Source: Catajapyx aquilonaris
Taxonomy: Eukaryota
Assembly: GCA_000934665.2 (NCBI GenBank)
Contig: KZ538233.1
Coordinates: forward strand, 1-64,000
DNA: 64,000 nucleotides
Reading direction: 5' to 3'
Shown: positions 10,021 to 64,000 of the stretch, piece after piece
How the letters are laid out: each line of letters starts with the position of its first letter
Numbering within the stretch: position 1 is the stretch's first letter
Notes under the pieces: generated by a model
What the model saw: the letters and a program-made list of their open reading frames with translations, nothing else
The model's database searches: none
Told to the model about the DNA's origin: nothing
Program-made: the position numbers and the translations under genes

Positions 10021-12261
10021 CCCCCTTGTGTGAAAACCAGATCCTTTCCCTATGGACGTGTTTGTCCACCGTGATGCCCGCAGACACATGGACTGCCACA
10101 GTGCACCTTGATGGACTCGCGAATATTTGGACACTGGTATAGATCTTACACCGAACAAGAAGAAGAAAGGAACGCTCAAAATAAATTTGATATAAGTTAC
10201 AAGTTCCTTTCTTCCCAGCTTGACAACGCAAACTAGTCTCGCAGAATTTGACAGGGAGCCAGTTAGCTATCTACAGAGTCTCAACCGCACCCTTTCTCGA
10301 AAAACTGCTGGCAAAATGTCTTTGGTAGTTGTGTAGATTCTGAAGGACGCACTTTGAGAGGGGCATTAAAGTAAGGTAACTGATTGGGTGGCAGGAATCG
10401 AACCCAATGGTTCCAAAATTCGTTATGGCGCTGTTGTATAGTAAACCATCCATGGAAGTCAGCGCTAGTGTCACTTTCCTTACACTAACAGTCTCTTGAG
10501 TAGTCATCAGCTGTTGTTATTCATCGACGTATACGTTTCACGTTGACACGTACAAATTCAGCAGTGCTTCATTATATTTCCTTCGCCATGTGTATGTGCA
10601 TGTGACAAACACCGTGCGTGACAACCGTTACGGACCTCTTTTCACTTTATACTGTAGATTACGCTATCTGTACATAATAAACAGTGTACAAATAAAACCA
10701 CGTTTATTGAGGCACAAACTGTGCTTGAGGTCGACTTTCCCCAACTTCCTTCCTTCCTTTCCACAACAATTGAAAGCAAGGACAAAGGAGCAACGTACTT
10801 CGGAGGGAGGTTGGAACCACCCAGCTTCCTCATAAATCACGAGAGGCATTGTTTACAACGAAATATCGATGTCATTGTCAGGTTTTCCTTCCTCTACCTT
10901 TCTCCACACCCGATTTTTCTTCTCCAGATTTCCCATGCTCGTTACCCAAATTATTCGCTCTCAAGGTCTCGACGTGGTTGCTCCAGCACAAATGTTTGTG
11001 TAATGTCATAGGTATAGACCATTACGTCCGATATGCAAATACGCGCTTTTTGATCTTTAGCAGAAATAATCCGCGGTGATGTCATATGGCAAGTTGCTGA
11101 GGAAGCAAGTACCGGACGACCTTGCCATACAGATCTACCAATATTTACACGTCCGGAACAACAACGAGAACAAAAACAGAGGCGCGGACACCCCTTTTTA
11201 TGTTTAGATCCGAAACCGGTGCCACATGCATAGGCTAACTTTCTACTACCCATAAACAGGTTCTACTACTTGTCAGAGAACAAGTGATTCCAGGAATTTC
11301 CTCCCAAGACTTTTCTTCCTAGTTCTCCCCCCCATAGATGCATCGGTGTCCATATTTGCGAGTCCGGAAACCACCCCGGATTCCCGCACCCTGTGGAGGA
11401 CCCGAACGTCAATAACTCCTGAGGGAGTGAATGGGACAGCTTTCTCCTTGTGCTGCCTACCTGCAATGACCCACAATTTGACATTTAGAGAGGTAACCTC
11501 ACACTATATGATCAATTCTGATCTAGCCTTTACATGTGTTCCACCCCAGTTCCGATGCCAGTTACTTATTTCATAACTGAAAAACAGAGGCGACAAAATG
11601 AGGCTCGTCGTAAAACAACACTTTTACCGGCGGTTATGGGCCAGGAGAAAGTTGGGTCGACCCAGTGAGACAAAAGACAAAAGTGCGAGGAATGCACTGG
11701 GATTTCATGAAAATATACTCAGGTTACGACACCTGATGTAATCCCAGTTACAAGTAGACTTGAACAAATTAATTAAAATGGTATAAAATTCGCATGGGTA
11801 TATCACGTAAGGTTTACGCAACTTGATGATTCGTGACCTATTTTTAATTAGCATTTTTTTTTGTACCCACCCTAGATGTTGTAGGAAGGGAAAGGCTCAG
11901 GTGAAAGTGGATCTAACTCGTAGGGAAAAATGGTGGGTGTTCACATTTGTCACGATTCCTATCGGCCATGGCCTTGGCGCCAATTCCCTCACTAATGGAC
12001 GTAACTACAGTAGTGAAGGAAAAAAAAAAATGCGGTGCTGGTTATTTCATCGTGAGGACAGGGTGCTACTCCTTTTTAGGGGCTAAAGGTCGAGGTCAAT
12101 TCGGGTGGGCTAGTGGTCAGCGCTTTCCTCCTACACCTACCACCAACTTCCACATTCCAGTCTGAGATTTCTCTTTCGGCTACCCCCAGCTTTTACCTCC
12201 AAAGCCGGTTCCTACTCGCCATTTTGAGTCTACCAAGGTACCTTACTCTTTCCTCACCATA

Positions 12262-12334
12262 TACAGGGTGGACCATAAGTATCCCTGAGACGACCATATG
12301 AGCTTTTTGGCATAATTGGTTGAAACACCCTGTA
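12262..12334. mobile_element. Internally deleted Tc1/mariner-type remnant (69 bp between TA dinucleotides)
   Basis: TA|CAGGGTG (12264-12270) ... CACCCTG|TA (12326-12332): terminal inverted repeats with TA flanks. Confidence 0.55.
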
Positions 12335-13805
12335 CCCAGAAGATCCGATCAGTCACGACCACTTTTCGAGGATAGCACTCGAATAAAAACAAATTGGTCC
12401 TCCTGATGGTGAAAGTGGTTCTACAGGCCCAAGGCCACCTTGGGACATCTCGAATTTGCTATTTGCCAATTAAAACGTATGGCTTATTCAAATATCCTCA
12501 TGATAGGATCAGTCCCACATCTGAACCCAACCTGAAGATCTGGCTATTCAAATCTGACAGGATTATCCGATCCCTTCTGAAGACGTCAGCACCCAAATCA
12601 CAGTGTCACTGTGGATGTGAAACTTCTGCCGCTCTCTTCCTCTCCCACCAAAGTGAAAGTACTCGAGTACTGAATGAAATGTATCATTTCCGCACAAATT
12701 ACAACGCCTTTCCTCGCAATTACGCACCCAAAAAATTCCTGAAAGTGATCAACCGATTAATCATCCAACGACCAGGATATACAAATGACCTTATGCATGA
12801 TGGGGGGTACGGATATGAAGATCACGACCATATGAATTTGGGAGGAGTCGTAAAAAATTAATGATAATAAAACGAAAGGTAAAACCTTCAATGTACAGAT
12901 TGGCCCCCTCTCGCTTTTTTTTTTAAAAAAAAAAACTGACATGAAGAGAATCGCAAGGACGCCTAAAATGACTTGCAGGTGTATCGTGACGTGTAGACGA
13001 TTCATCTTCACTTGATACAATAGCCATAACCTTAATTTGCACGATCAGGACCAAATTATCGTGGCCTGTGAATTAGAGCGTTTCGTAACATACCAGCAAG
13101 AATGCGCGCCACAAGGTCCGTAATTTTTTTTAACGTTCAGATTTTATAACCCGTAATTTTTCTTACATGGTACGGTGACAGCATTGTAAATGAATATAAG
13201 TGGGTCATTACATCAAGTAGGACATTGTATATAAAAAAATAATAAGCATAATTTTAAAGTGATCGATTAATGGAGTACCACATGCTTTCATAATTGTTAT
13301 TAGCTATTTGAACTGCATTAGTGTTGTTGTGAACCATAAAAGCAAGCTATGTTGATAATATAAATTAATTGTTGTTGTTAAGTAAAGAGCAAGGTTGCAT
13401 TCCAACTGTCAAGAACACAGCATCCCTGGAATTTTTCCAGCAGTCAAACTATGCATACAGAACTACTGCAGAATAAAGTTACGAGTTTGCCCTTCCTCTA
13501 TTTGTAAACAAGTACTCAATAGGCAGAGTCACCTGAAGGCCACGGCAGCCGTTTGCACTATATGTCATACTAAACCTTTCCGATGAACATGATCTTTAGA
13601 ATGCCCACTACATGCCACCTGGTTCAATTATTGCAAGCAAGACCTTGGTCATTTTCTTGCCTTAGGTATAGGTTCTTTTAAAACACTCGACATATTGCAT
13701 AATAATAAATGGTCAACCCAATTTAAAGTACCATAATTAACACTTACTGTTTCAAAGGGGATGCAACCAGTTCCACTTGTCAGCTTCTGTCTGAAAGAGC
13801 CTTTC

Positions 13806-14038
13806 ACTAGTTGTTTAAAATTCAGCACAGTAGGTTTCAAATACCTCCTTCTTACCTCTTCAAGTCAAACCTTGAATTAATGCATATAAAAGCCTATCAT
13901 CAAATGATTTCCATCAGTACTGCTGTACTGCTAGAAATCACTTGATGATAGGCTTTTATATGCATTAATTCAAGGTTTGACTTGAAGAGGTAAGAAGGAG
14001 GTATTTGAAAATACTGCGATGAATTTTAAACGACTAGT
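13806..14038. repeat. Long near-perfect inverted repeat (hairpin, ~115-nt arms, 4-nt loop)
   Basis: 13835-13903 is the exact reverse complement of 13942-14010 (69 bp). Pairing continues inward to loop tgct (13921-13924) and outward to ACTAGT ends with few mismatches. Confidence 0.95.
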
Positions 14039-14118
14039 AGGCAGCACCTACACTCATTGACGTAAATAAATAGCATGACATGGGTCATCTTACCAACACC
14101 AGCCAGCAGCCATCCCTG

Positions 14119-14159
14119 AAAACTGCATATAGCCAACCTAAAACTGCAATAGCCAACCT
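14119..14159. repeat. Short tandem duplication (~20-21 nt x2)
   Basis: aaaactgcatatagccaacct followed by aaaactgcaatagccaacct. Confidence 0.8.
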
Positions 14160-16351
14160 ATGAATAGGTAATCAAATGACACCTTTCACATTGGATATAA
14201 TAATGATACTTTGTAAGAAATATAGCCCACAAACATGAGCTGGTATGTGCCGTGATCAAGTCCTAATCATTAAAAAAGACGGTGGGATATGGCATGTCAG
14301 ACAAATCTTTTCCATAAACACTTTATATTACATAATAACAGTAAAAAGTACATTTCTCTCACAGTTTATAACAGTGGACATTAAGTATTTCCGTGGCGTT
14401 ATAACTTGTATGAACACCGCAGCAATCCTACTTCTCATGAATAAGCGACGTTACCTCAACAGAGGAGAGAATAAAAGAGGCTCAGTTGAGAATGAGATTG
14501 ATGCGCAGAACTCGTCCTCTGCACAATATGTACAATATTGGTATGCATTTGGCAGTTTACTTCTATTGAGGCTGCTGGGGAAAAGGGAGGAAACAAAAAG
14601 CACTATCACTGCCCACCTTACCAATTGAAACCAGCTGAGAAGCTGGTACTGTTTCACCAAAAAACAAAGTTTAGACAGAAAAGAGAGAGACGTGGTCATG
14701 ATCATGAACACAACATAGTTGATGGGGAAGAATAAGTTCCACACACCTTGCCAGTGGCACTCCAAACAGCTTCCAGTATTATTGCTACAACACTCAAGTA
14801 CTCTTTGGTACGTTTAGCTCCTACAAACACTGCGCACTGCACTTTTCACTGCACAAGCTGCCTCCTAGGAAATCCACTGTTTCACTAATATTATAAAGAA
14901 CTGTATGGGGAGGGACTGGGGAGGACAGGGCAGTATACTATTTCCTTTTTTTTTCATGGCAGTAGAAGAAGACAGGAATGGCACTGGTCATGTCCCCACA
15001 CTTAGGATTGAGTTGAGCCGAGTAGTAAAATGGACAAGAACAATTAACAATGTTGACTTGGATTTTTCTTTTCTTTTTTTTTGTTCTTGACTCCAGCCTT
15101 TCAGTCAAGCTGCAACTATTCAACAGGCCTATGCACTACATTGTCTTGTCAAACGACAAGGTGTGCTTCAGTCCTTACTGTGACCCACCAAATGAGGGAT
15201 ACGAAAACCCCAAGTGGCATGAGTTATTCTTCTGGTTACCTTGACACTATACGTGAACTGAACTAAGAGTAAAGTCATTGATGAAAAGTGTTTACAACAT
15301 GAAAGGTTTGTACTCAGCCTAACCCTGCCCTCAACTGGCCAAGCCAAAATTAAGATTAACAAAGAGTTCAAGACAACTCATGCCACAAGGGATCATATAC
15401 TGTTTAACAGTAACGTAACAAATCCATTTTCCTTGGCATAGATCAGTTCAAATTCATCACTGGCCAGTCACTACTCAAGATAAATTAAGCTCCTTAAAAA
15501 CCTAGCTGCAGCATCCGTACGCAAACGTGCTGTTTCAAGGTATATGGCATTATCATTGTGTTGCATTGTTTCACGAATAAATAAAAATGAAGAGAAAGAA
15601 AAGATCTTGAATAATGTAGCTACTCTGCGCAATTGGTCTCTGTGATTGTATCATCGAACATTGGTAAAATAACACAAGCACACGCAGAAGATGAACTGCA
15701 ATGGATGCAAAGTGTCATTGTCGGGACGGACCTACCGCAAAATACTGCTCAAGTTCCTTCCTTTTGTACAACGTCACATTACTAGACTGAGATGAAGGAA
15801 CTTTTTAATCACTCAACAGCTGCTATAGAAAAAATACTGCATCTGCTGCTGGCAGTACCAAAATAAATCAAGCCACCTGACTCCTAGTAAGCGTCTCTTT
15901 AACCTCTCTTACAGGGGTGGGAGAAAAAAGTGTTCCCACTGGCTGGGTCAATTCAACAGAAAATTTCACATCCAAAATTACCGCAAGTGTAAAATTAATT
16001 TAAATGAACGGCCTAATTATATGGTACCTACAGTATAGTTGTGATGATACTCTAGCATCACAATGATTACTACCACCAATACGTCATAATCAATTACAAT
16101 GTCACACAGTAAGAATTTAAATAAGGAATTTAAAATATATCCGAGTATTAAGAAACACCGTCGCTTGATACACAACCTGAGACAACTTCTTAAAATGTTG
16201 AAAGAATATTCCTAAGTGAGCATATGCAGTACAAAGCAGACTGATTATAACCCTGCAACTCTGATCCAAAATGCTTTTGTCAACAAATAAAGAGGATGGG
16301 AGTTGGGTAAGTGAAACTCTGTATAGGAAGTAGAGGGACCATCTTGACTTC

Positions 16352-60538
<44,187 letters not shown>

Positions 60539-63500
60539 CTAAATATGGAAACCAATGCATTAAAAAATAGTAGATCACAACACTGGTACACTGTTGGACA
60601 TTAATCGCGTCGTGAATAGAAAACTCACAACAAATACAGCATGAAGTTTACCTATTAACCTGTGTCCTCTTCGAACAACAATATAGACTGCAGTGTAAAT
60701 CAACTCTAATCATAGCATGGCTTTCATTTAAAATTCAAACCATGCAATTTCCAGATAATTGCTAGTTATCCATAGAACACACTCACTAGGGAAACAGGCT
60801 TACACCAAAAGGGATAATGGGAAAGCAAGTTTCAGATAGAAGAAAATTGTCAGGATTATCCGGTGAAAACAGACAAGCATCAGCAAAAGTCCTTGCGCCA
60901 AAGTGTATAGATCATCAGGCCTTTTTTTCCGCCAGAATTAGCATACTGTGCCGCGGGCTTTGCATGCGATTGTTGGAGAAGCGAGAAAATAAAGTGAAGA
61001 GGAATAATGAAGCGTTTTTAAGGCGTGCTTGACGGACTTAATTTTACCGATGGAGAAAATCTGTTTTCAGGCGCTTGATGGATCTTGTTGATGGATGAGG
61101 AAGGTTTTGGACAAGAAGCCTGCGATGGGTTTCCAAACGAGACGGAACGAATTTACCCATTGCTCTAATGCAAATGGGATTAAATTCACGGCATATATGC
61201 AATTGGCAGTAAAAGTGACAGTATTAATACGATCAGCGCCACCACAATTATTATTTTACACAATAATGTGTTCTACATAGAATGTGAAATTAATCAAAAG
61301 CAATGCATGCGAATGAAGTAGAAAGACAGGCCACGCTGCTCACTAGGTGGAACCATAATATTTTAGTGCAGCTTGTTTATTACCTGGATGATAAGAATTA
61401 TTGCGTCCAATATCATGGCCACTTTTGCTGTTTCGCTTCACGTAAGGGCTTATTTTTTGATTCGTATAAATACAAAGGCACAAAAATTCTCGGTATATCA
61501 AAAACCAGTCACACAAATGCTATTCAGTTATACGTTACTGCATTATCTACCCATCTAATATACAATCAGCGATTACACATCTAGTAAGATACAAGATGTT
61601 TAAAAACCCGTGCACATTAATTCTACACTCACTACATAAAAATTCATCCAGCAGCAAAGGAGGTACATTAAAATTCGCAGTAAAAAATACGCCGATAAAA
61701 CATAACGTGCCCATAAAAGTAAGCCGTTAGCAACAGCAGAACCGGGCCCAGAACTGGAAGAGACACCCTCGCTCCAAATGTCCCAGTTGTCCCCTTTCCC
61801 ACCACCTTTCCCAACAAAATTCTAAAGCATTTGATCTGTTGGTAAACACGGTTCGATTGAACCCAAACCCCTCGACTGTTAGCTCCGGAAATGAGTATCC
61901 AAGATTTCACTTCGTCCCAGAGTTCGATGGCTTATCTGCTCCTAAAAGTTCAGAAACTCCCAAGTTGGAGGCCGGAAACTTGGACCCCGTCCGGAATTTT
62001 CTGACGTTTTATCAATTTATGGCTAAACCATGTAAGAAGTCGCATCCGCTCGAATTATGGCCCACTCAGTACCCATTTCCTACCGTTTGATATCCAGTTA
62101 CGGTATCTCTCTCGTGACATCAGTGTGCTGTGGCATTTTCCATTTGCTTGCACAGTGAAGGTTAATCAATCAAAAGGTCAGGTAGCATACAGTCTCATCG
62201 ATTCAGACGTGTCCGTGGGAATTGGGCTGTATCCTAAAGCCTCAGGTGGAATGTCAATTGGGTGGGATCAACTGAACTTGGGAACCACACTACTTTAAAA
62301 CCTAAACAAAAGCGGCTCTATTGATCGCGGATACAAATATGGTAACATTTTCAACGAACTGAACATAGAGTTGTAACCAGCTTCTTATGAGTTAGCTCAA
62401 AATGTATAATAACTAATGCATCACCATGCCGTCAAATTTTCACAAATGGCAGAGGTCGCCCAATCAAAACGTCAATAAAAATGCGGGAACAAGTTCCAAT
62501 CGGCAGTAATAAGCCTGAACAATAAACGTGGACGCGTTTAATTTAAAGGATCATATTATGTCGAAGAACAATAGGTCCCTGGTCTTCTGCATACAATATT
62601 TCCATTAGCGGGCTGGAATTCATTAGCTTTCATTACTCTCACGCGGTGACAAAAAATTAAGCCTTTTTAAAAGCTCATTTGCTTGAACACAATGATTTCA
62701 ATAGTTTGGAATACATAATTATATAGCGTCATGGACGATGGGACGTGACGCTTTGTGCTGATGTACAAAAGATTCTAGTCCTACTATATCTGTCACAAAG
62801 GCCTAATAACTACATCATGTCCGATTTTATATCGCCATTCTAATTACATCCAGATATATGCCCTGAAGAAACACGTGAAAAGCTCATCAGAATGCAGCAC
62901 CGTCTCCGAAGGTGATTTCAAGCCCAGCCGGGTTCTCATTAAGCTCTGTCAGACGTTTCTTTTTAATTCTGCTCTCTTCTGTGCAAAAAACGAATGGCAT
63001 AAAAAAACGTGACATTCGTTTTTGCCATTTCCTGGTGAGAGACTTTGACGAATGCTTCGGAAAGCCCCACTTTCACACCTCATTCCCCAAAGGTTCATGA
63101 CATCATGCGTTGTCTTCGGGTCCGGATTTTTGTGACTGGAGCGGACGATGCCCCCCCCCCCCCCNCCCCCCATAATGGCGGATGCTGCTCGGGTTGGCAA
63201 TGTGTTCTGGAAGCCCCTGCTGTCGAAAAAAGGATTGTGTTTTTTCAAATTCCCCGCGGGGTTTCGACAACTGTGGCATTTCCGGATACAAATGACATAT
63301 ACGGTGCCTCGTTCCAGCGTGCACAGCACAGTATGCAAGCAGCTAATCAGACTTCTCCTTAATGGGGTCATATTGTCTACCACTAGAGTTTGAAATTAGA
63401 GTTAATGGGCTACAGTGCATCATTACCATTCGCTACCAGGGACAGACATTATTATTAGCAAGGTTTGTACATAATTAGTATTTCCATGTCATTATGAATG

Positions 63501-64000
63501 CTACATGCGGTTGGTCCCCCAAACTTTCAGTCAGATTTTCTATTATCAAATCATATGGTGTATGTCACAACTATAACCCATCACACACAGTATACATTCC
63601 ATATGAATTCATTGGTGCATTGTGCTATTATTACAAGCTAGCGCTGTAAATATGTGACATGGTCTGTCATTCTTCAACACCACTGACCTTTGATAAATAA
63701 ATTTTCAACGAGTAATTACCACAAGTAGGTCTACTGTAAATGTGTCCACAAGCTGCGACATCCCCGATTTAATTCAGCAATTAACGAGTAATCACTGGGT
63801 TCACGACAATGATAAGATTATACATTAATATGCCTGCAGTGATCTAAAACTGTCGCGAGTAACTGGCAAGAAAATAACGTGCCGCAGCCTGCAACGCATC
63901 AAAATACGACTATGTTGTGGCCAACATCCCTCTCGAAGGCCGGTCAAGATCAAAATTAGACTCACCGCATGTTTACAGTACATAGGTGGCCAATGTCATC

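Noticed and set aside
63961..64000. - strand phase-2 donor (ATGCG|gtgag) as a possible FAM135 first exon
   Set aside because: Does not encode the expected FAM135 N-terminus (..FYNVDLFQRG) and is truncated by the window edge.

Overview
Eukaryotic genomic DNA with GT-AG introns, most likely from an arthropod. Three protein-coding genes can be reconstructed by hand with consistent splice phases. (1) A + strand secreted single-domain C-type lectin (EPN/WND, 1387-10020). It has a skippable 717-nt Pro/acidic exon and a pair of duplicated 109-nt mutually exclusive exons; a long-range complementary RNA duplex in the flanking introns would loop out the first of the pair. (2) A large - strand FAM135-family gene (C-terminal DUF676 alpha/beta-hydrolase, GHSLG), with exons from 60538 down to the stop at 16352; its first coding exon was not found in the window. 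(3) A divergent class A (rhodopsin-like) GPCR on the + strand (30503-33673), nested in a ~23.5-kb FAM135 intron. Other features are a ~233-nt near-perfect hairpin downstream of the FAM135 stop, a CpG-depleted domain (~13.2-23.1 kb) ending at a candidate internal FAM135 promoter, and small DNA-transposon remnants. No prokaryotic features, rRNA, tRNA or CRISPR were seen. All gene models come from manual reading without database or RNA evidence.
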